From contig CAXXDV010000001.1 of NCBI GenBank assembly GCA_963674745.2, positions 352,001 to 416,000 of the forward strand: a DNA stretch of 64,000 nt, read 5' to 3'. The notes beneath the pieces were generated by a model. That model was not told the DNA's origin. It saw nothing but the letters and a program-made list of their open reading frames with translations, and did no database searches. The position numbers and the translations under genes were made by a program. This stretch comes from Desulfosudaceae bacterium (lineage in GTDB: Bacteria > Desulfobacterota > Desulfobacteria > Desulfobacterales > Desulfosudaceae). Below, in pieces: positions 1 through 8,276 of the stretch (its first letter is position 1; each line of letters opens with the position of its first letter).

Positions 1-1631
1 CACGGCCGCCATCCTGGATAAACAAGGGCGTTTATGCGCCACGTGTGATGGAAGCGGACATCCGCGCCATACGGCGGTTATATCGTGAGAAGGGCTTTTA
101 TCATGCCCGAATAGAGGACGGCACAACCTTCAGTGATGACGGTTCCAGAGCAGATATCCTTATTGAAATTAACGAAGAGAATCAAGTATGGGTTTCATCG
201 GTCCGTTTTGATGGTTTGACGTCTGTACCAGAAGCGCAGGCCCTGCGGATGCTGCGGCTGTCTCCGGGAGTGGTTTTTAAAGACGAAGTCGTGCAGCGGG
301 ACCAGACCGAACTGGCCGCCCTGATTTCGGAAACCGGTCATCCCCATGTCCAGGTAAACTCGAGTGTAGCCATGTCTGACGACGGCAGGTCCGCGGATAT
401 CGTTTACCACATAAACGAGGGGCCCGAAGTAAAAATGGGCCGGACGTTTGTGACCGGCAATCTTCGCACCCGGCCGGGCATCATAAAACAGGAAATGGAA
501 CTGGCAAAAGAAGCGCCTTTCTCTCTGAAAAAACTGGTTAAAAGCCAGCAAAACCTGAGGTCTTTGCAGATATTCAAGTCGGTTGATTTTAAATCCGTAG
601 GCCTGAAAGAAAAAGAAGACCGCGTCCACCTGTTTGTAGAAACATTAGAAAATAAGCCTTTTTTTATCGAACTTGATATTGGTTACAACTCAGAACAGGG
701 CGGATGCGGGAAAGTAGCCCTGGGCGATCATAACCTGCTGGGCTTCAACCGGGACGGGTACTTCAGCGGGAAAATCAGTGAAACCGGTTATCGCGGCGAC
801 CTGGGCGTTCGTTCTCCTCGTTTTCTGTTTCCCCAAACATCTTCAGTCTTTAACCTGCATATCGAAAAATCAGAAGCTTTCAACCAGGACTTCGGCGTCA
901 GGACCCGGGGCGCCTCATTCGGCATCAACCGGCAGTGGCTACCGGCGTTATCCACCAGCATCGCGGCGGACACCGAAAAAAGGCGGCAGTACCCGCTCTC
1001 TTCGTCAGCGGCGGAAGATGAAATTTATGACAATCGCCAGACTGTTTCCCTGACGCCGGGTATTGTTTATAACACACGGGATAACAACATCATACCGACA
1101 AATGGCGTCATGGGCACATGTAATATAACCTTTTCCCGCGGCATCAACAACCAGCCGGATGATTTCATCAAATACCAGGGCTCGCTCCACTTCTACCACA
1201 CCCTTTTCGAACATATCACCCTTGCCGTAACCGGCAGGGCCGGATATATCGACCCTAAAAGCGCCTCAATCGCGGTTGCCGATGATCAGCTCTTCTTTTT
1301 GGGTGGCATATCTTCGGTGCGCGGATATCCCGAGAACCTGTTGCTGCGTGATGACAACGATGATCCGGTCGGCGGCCGCCGCTCTTTATCCGGGACCATT
1401 GAAGCCAGGATGCCGGTCAAAAACATTTTAAGCCTGGTCCTGTTTTATGATGCCGGCAAACTGGACCGCACCTACACACCGGCGGACACGGGAATCCGAT
1501 CTTCGGTGGGGCTGGGGCTGGGGTACCGGACACCGGTGGGGCCCTTGAGCCTTTATTACGGTTACAAACTCAACCGCAAACCCGGTGAAAGTTCCGGCCG
1601 GTTTCATTTTTCCATCGGCTATACGTTTTAG
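1..1631 (+). CDS. Omp85 family outer-membrane protein (BamA/TamA-like), 5' partial
   Basis: POTRA-like repeats (GNLRTRPGIIKQEM), VRGY motif, C-terminal FHFSIGYTF beta-signal. Frame is open from position 3, so the gene starts upstream of the window. Confidence 0.9.
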   Translation, partial: RPPSWINKGVYAPRVMEADIRAIRRLYREKGFYHARIEDGTTFSDDGSRADILIEINEENQVWVSSVRFDGLTSVPEAQALRMLRLSPGVVFKDEVVQRDQTELAALISETGHPHVQVNSSVAMSDDGRSADIVYHINEGPEVKMGRTFVTGNLRTRPGIIKQEMELAKEAPFSLKKLVKSQQNLRSLQIFKSVDFKSVGLKEKEDRVHLFVETLENKPFFIELDIGYNSEQGGCGKVALGDHNLLGFNRDGYFSGKISETGYRGDLGVRSPRFLFPQTSSVFNLHIEKSEAFNQDFGVRTRGASFGINRQWLPALSTSIAADTEKRRQYPLSSSAAEDEIYDNRQTVSLTPGIVYNTRDNNIIPTNGVMGTCNITFSRGINNQPDDFIKYQGSLHFYHTLFEHITLAVTGRAGYIDPKSASIAVADDQLFFLGGISSVRGYPENLLLRDDNDDPVGGRRSLSGTIEARMPVKNILSLVLFYDAGKLDRTYTPADTGIRSSVGLGLGYRTPVGPLSLYYGYKLNRKPGESSGRFHFSIGYTF

Positions 1632-1665
1632 AGGGTTCAAGGGGCCCATCGAATCCTTGAATCCT
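1632..1665. repeat. Short GG(A/G)TTCAAGG-type inverted repeat just after a stop codon
   Basis: AGGGTTCAAGG (1632-1642) vs CCTTGAATCCT (1655-1665); same family as 10987-11065. Confidence 0.6.
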
Positions 1666-1685
1666 TCAGAAGAGCCAGTCAACTA

Positions 1686-1714
1686 TTGAATTATGAGATC
1701 GTTTCTCATATAAT
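1686..1714 (+). promoter_or_regulatory. Sigma70 promoter with palindromic operator in the spacer
   Basis: TTGAAT(1686-1691)-N17-TATAAT(1709-1714); TATGAGA-N5-TCTCATA palindrome at 1692-1710. Confidence 0.7.
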
Positions 1715-1802
1715 AAATAGGATAATGCTTTTAACCCGCTTAAACGGTTACCACTTCTTTTCTGTAACGATTTCAGATTGATAAAAATAAAATGGAGGTT
1801 GC

Positions 1803-3155
1803 ATGGAGCACAAAGACGTCGTTAAAAAAGTAACTGAAATGCTGGTCAACGGTGACATCACCCCCTGGAATGCCGAAGAGGCGGCCGCGGAACAGGGGCT
1901 GGCCGTTCCGGAAAACATTACCGCCGGAGTCGAGGCGCGTCGGGCGTTTGTGGCGCATAAAACCGGGCATGAACTGCATCACCTGGTCATGCCGGAAAAG
2001 CCTTACCATGTCGCCTACCGCTGCCCCAAAGACAATACCCTGTGGACCCTGGCTGAAGGAGATATCTATACCAAGTGCACCCTTTGCGGGTCCGACCTGA
2101 AAATCCTGCCGGAAGACGAACGCCACAAACCCCTGGTCAACAGCTATATCGGCGGCGTGGAAGATTACTGCAGCTATTCCGGCCAGGTCTCTGTCAGCGG
2201 CGATGTGGAAAAAACCTTTCAAATCCTGCTGTGCTGGGGGCCGGGCGTGGGACACATGGGCATCGGCTCGGGCTGTTACAAGCTGAACAAATTCGGCCCC
2301 CTGGAAATCAAAGTCTCGGACTGGGGCATGGCCTGCCGTAACCTGGCTTTTGTGTTTGATGCGGAGACCGACCGTGAAAAGGCCCGCAACCTGATCCAGC
2401 AGAATCTGGACAACATTATCCCCAAAATCACCGAAAAGCATCTGGCCGACTGGAATGGCGAGATTGATTATGTGGATTTCTTATACAAACAGCACCATGC
2501 CGATCGTATCCTGCACTGCTGTTTTTATTCCCGGTTTGACAATCACCGGGGCCACGGCCAGACCTCCCATGCCACTGGTATGGCCAAACTTTTGATCGAT
2601 GACCTGTTCAAACAGAACAACATCCCCTGCCGGCTTTCAGTGGTCGGTATGGGACGGGACGGTGATCTCAAACCATCTCCCAGAAACCGGCGCGGCCGTT
2701 ATGTATCGGCCCAGCAGACTATTCCCGTGGCTGAATACGAAAAAATCATCGGCCGTCCCATCGAGGACTTTTTTTCCTATATTCACCTGGATCAACAAGG
2801 CGTGACCGAAGAAACCGGCTGGCCGGCCTATACCGGTATGGGCGGTGAAATCATTCCGGCCTTTTACCGGACCATGCGCTGCAATCCCCGGCCCTACATG
2901 GTGCCGAGTTTCCAGAAAGTATACGCCAGGATCGTCGGCAATGACCTGGTTTTCGGCGTGGAACTACCCAACGTTGAGGTTGGTATCACCTCCAGTCCGG
3001 AAGGCATTATTCCGCCAATCTCAAGAGAGATCCTGAAAATGTGGGGTATCGGCACAGCCAAGGAATTTGCCGCCGCTGCCGCGGCCATTACCCTGGGCGG
3101 TGAATTCAATTTTGCCACCCTGCACGTTCAGGAACGGATGTATACCGGAAAATAA
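1803..3155 (+). CDS. Divergent class I HMG-CoA reductase-fold protein with CxxD...CxxC zinc-ribbon insertion; canonical catalytic motifs absent
   Basis: SD GGAGG. Collinear resemblance to archaeal HMGR: MLVNGDITPW, EARRAFVAHKTG, NSYIGG, DLKPS..RGRYVSAQ, DLVFGVELPNVEVG, LGGEF. Confidence 0.7.
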   Translation: MEHKDVVKKVTEMLVNGDITPWNAEEAAAEQGLAVPENITAGVEARRAFVAHKTGHELHHLVMPEKPYHVAYRCPKDNTLWTLAEGDIYTKCTLCGSDLKILPEDERHKPLVNSYIGGVEDYCSYSGQVSVSGDVEKTFQILLCWGPGVGHMGIGSGCYKLNKFGPLEIKVSDWGMACRNLAFVFDAETDREKARNLIQQNLDNIIPKITEKHLADWNGEIDYVDFLYKQHHADRILHCCFYSRFDNHRGHGQTSHATGMAKLLIDDLFKQNNIPCRLSVVGMGRDGDLKPSPRNRRGRYVSAQQTIPVAEYEKIIGRPIEDFFSYIHLDQQGVTEETGWPAYTGMGGEIIPAFYRTMRCNPRPYMVPSFQKVYARIVGNDLVFGVELPNVEVGITSSPEGIIPPISREILKMWGIGTAKEFAAAAAAITLGGEFNFATLHVQERMYTGK

Positions 3156-3156
3156 A

Positions 3157-3870
3157 TTGTCCAGAATTATACCCATCCAAACGGCCACCCGGGTCGGGGA
3201 CATCACGATTCCCGGCCGGTATTGCCTGCCGCAGGGGACCGGGCCGTTTCCGTCGGTCATTGTTATGCACGGCAGTGACGGCTATAAGTTCAATCATTTG
3301 AAGATTGCCGAAAAACTGGCCGGCCAGGGTCTGGCGGCCTTTGTGCCGACATGGTTCGGCTACCATGAAACCCGGTCCCACTGGGATCACCTGCAACCGG
3401 AAGACATCCCGGCCACGATAGCCGACTTTCAACAACGCGCAAACGTGGACAAACATCGAACGGCCTTTCTGGGCGTCAGCCGGGGCGGCGGGTTGGCCCT
3501 GTATTATGGATCGCAGACCCCGGACACAAAAGCCATTGTCAACTACTTCGGCCTGACAGCCTGGGAAGGGGGGCTGGCCGAGTTGCCCCACCTGCCCCTG
3601 AACCCCGAAGACCACCTGGATTTTGTGCGGGATATTACCTGCCCCATCATCTCTTTTCACGGAGATGCCGACGATGTCGTACCCGTGACCAACACCTACC
3701 TGCTGGACAAAGTTTGCCGCCGATACGGTGTTACTCACGAATTCGTTATTTATCCCGGCATCAACCATTCGTTTATCTGGGATGACAGTGACAATGAAAA
3801 GTATGATCGAAATGCCCATAGGGATTCATGGGAAAGGGCCATAGGGTTTCTGAAGCAACAACTGTTTTAG
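3157..3870 (+). CDS. Dienelactone hydrolase family alpha/beta hydrolase
   Basis: VIVMHGSDG, GVSRGG nucleophile elbow, FHGDADDVVP, YPGINHSF. TTG start 1 nt after the upstream stop suggests translational coupling. Confidence 0.85.
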   Translation: MSRIIPIQTATRVGDITIPGRYCLPQGTGPFPSVIVMHGSDGYKFNHLKIAEKLAGQGLAAFVPTWFGYHETRSHWDHLQPEDIPATIADFQQRANVDKHRTAFLGVSRGGGLALYYGSQTPDTKAIVNYFGLTAWEGGLAELPHLPLNPEDHLDFVRDITCPIISFHGDADDVVPVTNTYLLDKVCRRYGVTHEFVIYPGINHSFIWDDSDNEKYDRNAHRDSWERAIGFLKQQLF

Positions 3871-3965
3871 GTTCGGGGTTCAGGGTTCGAGGTTCGGGGT
3901 TCAGGGCCATGGTGATTATATTGGACCTATGCCCTAAAACTTAACCACATAACCACATAATCACC
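3870..3965. repeat. Heptamer (GGTTCRG) tandem array followed by octamer (TAACCACA/TAATCACC) array
   Basis: ggttcggggttcagggttcgaggttcggggttcaggg at 3870-3906; cctaaaacttaaccacataaccacataatcacc at 3933-3965. Confidence 0.75.
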
Positions 3966-4041
3966 AAGACCTAAATCCCTGTTTTCCGGTACCGGGAACC
4001 ATCTACTTCCTCTGTTATTTGCTGTTATTTGTGTTATTTAC

Positions 4042-4070
4042 TTGACTTCTGTTCTGACACGCTATAGCGT
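4042..4070 (+). promoter_or_regulatory. Putative sigma70 promoter of the DEAD-box helicase
   Basis: TTGACT-N17-TAGCGT. Confidence 0.5.
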
Positions 4071-4111
4071 TGCATCAACAATTGGTGTTCCTGGTAGTAA
4101 TTAACCTGCGT

Positions 4112-4141
4112 AAGCCCCGGAATGACTCCGGGGCTTTTTTT
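4112..4141 (+). terminator. Intrinsic terminator within the helicase 5' leader
   Basis: AAGCCCCGGA-ATGAC-TCCGGGGCTT followed by a T-run. Confidence 0.8.
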
Positions 4142-4166
4142 ATTGGGACACAGAAAGAGGTACATA

Positions 4167-5405
4167 GTGAACTTTGAAGTATTTAATTTCCATCCTGCTG
4201 TCGCGGCAGGCGTCTTAAAGGCCGGTTACGTGACACCGACCCCGATTCAGGCCGAAGCGATTCCACCGATCATGAAACAAAAGGACGTCATGGGACGGGC
4301 CCAGACCGGCACCGGCAAAACAGCCGCTTTTGTTCTGCCGATTCTTCACCAGCTGATCAAACACCCACAAACCAAGTATCAGAAAAATGCCCCACAGGCA
4401 CTGATCATGGCCCCCACCCGTGAACTGGCCGAACAGATTCATCAGGCCATCAAAGACCTGGGGTGCAAAACCCGTATTAAAAGCGTCGCCGTTTACGGCG
4501 GTGTCAACATCAACCCGCAAATCCAGAAACTGAAACAGGCGAATATCGTCGTTGCCTGTCCCGGCCGGCTGCTGGATCACATTAATCGACGGACCGTTAA
4601 CCTTTCCCGGCTGCAGGTGCTGGTTCTTGATGAGGCCGACATGATGCTGGACATGGGCTTTCTGCCGGATGTCAGAAGGGTGCTGTCAGGCCTGCCCGAA
4701 AAACGCCAGACCATGCTTTTCTCAGCCACCATACCCGCCGAAATACGAAAGCTGTCCCGGGAAATCCTGCAGGATCCCGTTACCGTCCAAATCGGCACGA
4801 CCGCACCGGCAGAAACGGTCAAACATGCGCTCTACCCGGTGTCCCGGCATTTGAAAACAGCGCTTTTACTGGACATATTAAAGACCACCCCGACCCGATC
4901 GGTCCTGGTTTTCACCCGCACCAAATACAGCGCTCAAAAGCTTGAGAAAAAACTGGCCGGCGCCGGTTACCGGTCGACCTCTCTCCAGGGGAATCTTTCC
5001 CAGGTAAAACGCCAGGCCGCCCTGGACGGTTTCCGCAAAGGAAGGTTTCAAATCCTGGTTGCCACCGATATTGCCGCCCGGGGAATTGATGTTACCCGGG
5101 TATCCCATGTCATTAACTATGATATGCCGTCGACACCGGAAGCATACATTCACCGCATCGGCCGGACCGGTCGGGCAGACCGTGACGGGGAAGCGTTTAC
5201 CCTGGTCACCGGCGAAGACAGAGACATGGTCAAGGCCATCAATCGCGTCATCGGCACAAAAATTGAACAGCGGACCCAGGAAGCTTTTAATTACAAGACT
5301 CCGGCAGCGGCTGGTAACGGCAGCCCGGTCCGTCGGGCCAAACCCTTTCGCCAATTTCCCAAAAGACGTAAAACGACCGACAGGCAATGTGCGGCTGCAT
5401 GTTAG
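4167..5405 (+). CDS. rhlE: DEAD-box ATP-dependent RNA helicase (RhlE-like)
   Basis: Q motif TPIQ, AQTGTGKT, PTRELA, DEAD, SAT, ARGID, HRIGRTGR; GTG start after GAGG. Confidence 0.9.
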   Translation: MNFEVFNFHPAVAAGVLKAGYVTPTPIQAEAIPPIMKQKDVMGRAQTGTGKTAAFVLPILHQLIKHPQTKYQKNAPQALIMAPTRELAEQIHQAIKDLGCKTRIKSVAVYGGVNINPQIQKLKQANIVVACPGRLLDHINRRTVNLSRLQVLVLDEADMMLDMGFLPDVRRVLSGLPEKRQTMLFSATIPAEIRKLSREILQDPVTVQIGTTAPAETVKHALYPVSRHLKTALLLDILKTTPTRSVLVFTRTKYSAQKLEKKLAGAGYRSTSLQGNLSQVKRQAALDGFRKGRFQILVATDIAARGIDVTRVSHVINYDMPSTPEAYIHRIGRTGRADRDGEAFTLVTGEDRDMVKAINRVIGTKIEQRTQEAFNYKTPAAAGNGSPVRRAKPFRQFPKRRKTTDRQCAAAC

Positions 5406-5634
5406 CCCGAATATTTCATGAGATTTTTTGATTCGGGCGAGCCGATTTCACACCGAGCCCCTGGCTCCACCTGCTTTGTTGCAGCATGTTCGCGAATGTT
5501 GTAGGGGCGGCCCCCTGTGGCCGCCCGATTAAAGGGCACCCACAGGGGGGTGCCCCTACATAAATCGCATGCTGCGCCTCGCATGTGCAGCCAGGGGCTG
5601 GGGGCAAACTCGACTCGTGAAATAATCGGGTTAG
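5402..5634. mobile_element. MITE/REPIN-like nested inverted-repeat element containing a GTAG-type REP pair
   Basis: Outer IR TTAGCCCGAATATTTCATGAG / CTCGTGAAATAATCGGGTTAG (17/21); inner IRs AGCCCCTGGCT/AGCCAGGGGCT and GCAGCATG/CATGCTGC; core TGTAGGGGC...GCCCCTACA. Confidence 0.75.
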
Positions 5635-5699
5635 CCTGATCATTTGACCGACATGGGCGCGCCCTGCTATATTCTAAAAAAAACAGCGGAGGTGCGTCA

Positions 5700-6902
5700 A
5701 TGATCGTCGTATGTTTGGGGGGAACCGGGGGGATGGGCCGGTATGCCGCGCGAACGGCAGCGGCATTTGATTTTGTCGAACAAGTCATCATCGCCGACCT
5801 GAATGTCAAGGCGGCCGAATCGTTTGCTTCGGAACTGGGCCCAAAGGCCCGGGGTGTGGCCGTGGACGTTACCGACCCGGTCCTGTTAAGATCCGTCCTG
5901 GCCCGGGGCGATATCATCCTTAACACCGTAGGGCCTTTTTTCCGCTTCGGCGTCCCCATCTTAAAAGCAGCCATCGAAACCGGCAAAAGCTATATAGATA
6001 TCTGCGACGACTGGGAACCCACCCTGGAAATGCTTGATCTGCATGACCAGGCAGTCCAGGCCGGGATCACGGCTGTCATCGGCCTGGGTGCCAGCCCGGG
6101 CATCACCAACCTGCTGGCGGTCATGGCCATCAGGGAACTTGACCGGGCAGACAAAATTTACACGGTCTGGGATCTGGACAGCGCCAAACCGGAAACCATC
6201 GGCCCCAATCTCAGCGCGGCCATGGTGCACGGCATGCTGCAGTTGACCGGGAAAATACGGATCTGGGAAGACGGCGGCTACAAAGACGTCCGGCCGGTCC
6301 GTAAGATCCCTGTTGACTATCCCGGCATCGGCCGCCGCATTGCCTGGAGTATCGGTCATCCCGAGGCCATTACCCTGCCCCGCTATTTTCCGGACCTGAA
6401 AGCTTCCCGCAACCTCATGGTCACATCCGGCGCCAATATCTTTGGCCTATGGATCGTCGGCACCCTGGTCAACACCGGCATATTGTCCATTGAAAAAGCG
6501 GCCCGCATTGCCGAAAAAATCGAGGGCACCGGCGTGGGCCGCACGCCGGCCGATTTTATTCGGGAATCAAAATCCACGGGGCCATTGCGGCTGCCGCCTT
6601 TGTTCGCCCTGGCCGAAGGGGAGAAGGACGGCCGCCCGGCTGCCGTGGCCGTCACCGTCATCGGTGCCCCGACCGGCGGCATGGGCGGCGCCACCGGCGT
6701 ACCATTGGCCGCCGGACTGGCCATGTTCAAAGAAAACCTCAAACCCGGTGTTTTCGCGCCCGAAGGTGTCATCGACCCTGAAAAACTTCTGAATGTCATG
6801 GCCCCGCTATGCAATCCACCGTACAAAAACGCTTCGGAGATACTGGTTGTTACCAGATCGTGGGAAGACGGGGATATAAGGGAGAAGGTTTTAAAGTTTT
6901 AG
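5700..6902 (+). CDS. Saccharopine dehydrogenase-like NAD(P)-binding oxidoreductase
   Basis: GGTGGMG Rossmann motif, NTVGPF, YIDICDD, GLGASPGITN, HPE. Confidence 0.85.
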   Translation: MIVVCLGGTGGMGRYAARTAAAFDFVEQVIIADLNVKAAESFASELGPKARGVAVDVTDPVLLRSVLARGDIILNTVGPFFRFGVPILKAAIETGKSYIDICDDWEPTLEMLDLHDQAVQAGITAVIGLGASPGITNLLAVMAIRELDRADKIYTVWDLDSAKPETIGPNLSAAMVHGMLQLTGKIRIWEDGGYKDVRPVRKIPVDYPGIGRRIAWSIGHPEAITLPRYFPDLKASRNLMVTSGANIFGLWIVGTLVNTGILSIEKAARIAEKIEGTGVGRTPADFIRESKSTGPLRLPPLFALAEGEKDGRPAAVAVTVIGAPTGGMGGATGVPLAAGLAMFKENLKPGVFAPEGVIDPEKLLNVMAPLCNPPYKNASEILVVTRSWEDGDIREKVLKF

Positions 6903-7213
6903 GTTTTAAGTTTCAGGGTAGGAAATCGATCTTGGGTGGCAGAAACGAGTGGTTATGTGATTAAGTTTCAGGTGGTTGTTTTAGGTCAACAAAAAGCGAT
7001 ATTGGCAACCCGTTCGACCTGCCTGAAACCGCATTAAGCCTGACTTTCAACTTGTTTCAATTGCAACCCTATGAACTATCCCCCGCATAGCGGGCCATCC
7101 CCCAAGCCTCAAACCCCGTCCACATAACCACATAACCACATAATCACTTAATCACTTAATCACTTAATCACATAACCACTTAATCACATAACCACCTAAA
7201 ACTTTAAAACCTT
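6885..7213. repeat. Intergenic element bounded by a perfect 20-bp inverted repeat, with octamer arrays on opposite strands
   Basis: AAGGTTTTAAAGTTTTAGGT (6885-6904) / ACCTAAAACTTTAAAACCTT (7194-7213); (TAACCACA/TAATCACT)n at about 7121-7196. Confidence 0.8.
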
Positions 7214-7259
7214 TACCGCTGAATCCGGAGACGATCGTTTAGAATCTTTTTTGGAAAGG

Positions 7260-8000
7260 CTAAATCAACTTGAGTGAACTGCCCACCGTCCCCACCTTAT
7301 TCCCCTCACCGTCAAAAAGATAGGCGGCTGAAAGCATGACCGTAAAAACTTCACCGTCTTTTTTACGGTTTTTGATGCGGCCATAGAACCGGCCCTTTTT
7401 CTTTAAAGCCAGGCCGACCCGTTTTTCATCTTTGGGGTCATCGTAGATGATGCTGATGGGCTGATTAATCATTTCTTCAGGTGAATAGCCGAATCGCTTA
7501 TATGCGGCGGGGTTGAAACCGGTAATTTTGCGGTCATTGTCCACGGTAATCAGCATGGCCAGAGAACATTCAAAAATCGACCGGTACCGGGCCTCGCTCT
7601 CTTTTAAGGCTTTTTCCGCCAGGCGCTGTTCGGTCACATCCGAGACAGTCCCATTGATCACCTGCAGGTGACCGTTATCATCAAAACTGGTCCGCATGAT
7701 CTGGCTGAGGATCCGCGTTTCTCCGAATTTTTTCCGGATCCGGTGTTCCAGACGGTAGTAATCCGGCTCGGTGGTCTGGCTTAACGCTTTGATCAGATGC
7801 TTGACGCGATCAACGTCATCCGGATGAATCATCTTAAGGATGGTGGCAAAGGATTTATCAAACGTATCTTTATCAACACCGAAAATCTGGGCGGTGGTAT
7901 CGCCCAGCAAGACGATGTCTTCCTGAACGTTGATAATCCACCCGCCGATCAGTTTGGTCTGATGGGTTTTTAAAAAACCGATTTTATCATCATTTGTCAT
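7260..8000 (-). CDS. Tandem PAS/PAC-domain protein without output domain
   Basis: IHPDD..EHRIR..GTVSDVTE PAS/PAC; second PAS FNPAA..FGYSPEEM..RKKDGEVF; stop directly after. Confidence 0.8.
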   Translation of the reverse strand: MTNDDKIGFLKTHQTKLIGGWIINVQEDIVLLGDTTAQIFGVDKDTFDKSFATILKMIHPDDVDRVKHLIKALSQTTEPDYYRLEHRIRKKFGETRILSQIMRTSFDDNGHLQVINGTVSDVTEQRLAEKALKESEARYRSIFECSLAMLITVDNDRKITGFNPAAYKRFGYSPEEMINQPISIIYDDPKDEKRVGLALKKKGRFYGRIKNRKKDGEVFTVMLSAAYLFDGEGNKVGTVGSSLKLI

Positions 8001-8172
8001 TGTTCACGTCCTGTTCGGCGATACGCATTGTTCTGAATTTAAATACTTTTAATGCCAGGGACAACAAATTTCCAAATAGGCTTTACCCCGGGGCTGCATG
8101 TCGGATATATTCTTTTCGTACTTTGTCCGGGACCGGTTCCAGACTTAAAGACACCCTTAAGAATTCTCGCTG

Positions 8173-8201
8173 ATTATACCGGAAACGAACCGGAAAGTAA
8201 A
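8173..8201 (-). promoter_or_regulatory. Putative sigma70 promoter of the PAS gene
   Basis: Minus strand TTTACT-N17-TATAAT. Confidence 0.55.
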
Positions 8202-8276
8202 TGTGCAAAACAGGTCATCCATGGCTGGTAAATAGTGCCACAGCACCTGATTTCATTGTTTCAAAGAGGGGCTAAA

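Noticed and set aside
5402..5986. ORFs 5402-5986 and 5416-5643 (GRPQGAAPT-type translations)
   Set aside because: Translations of the REP/MITE element and antisense of the oxidoreductase
7121..7196. Octamer arrays as a CRISPR array
   Set aside because: Units are 8 nt, tandem, with no unique spacers and no cas genes in the window
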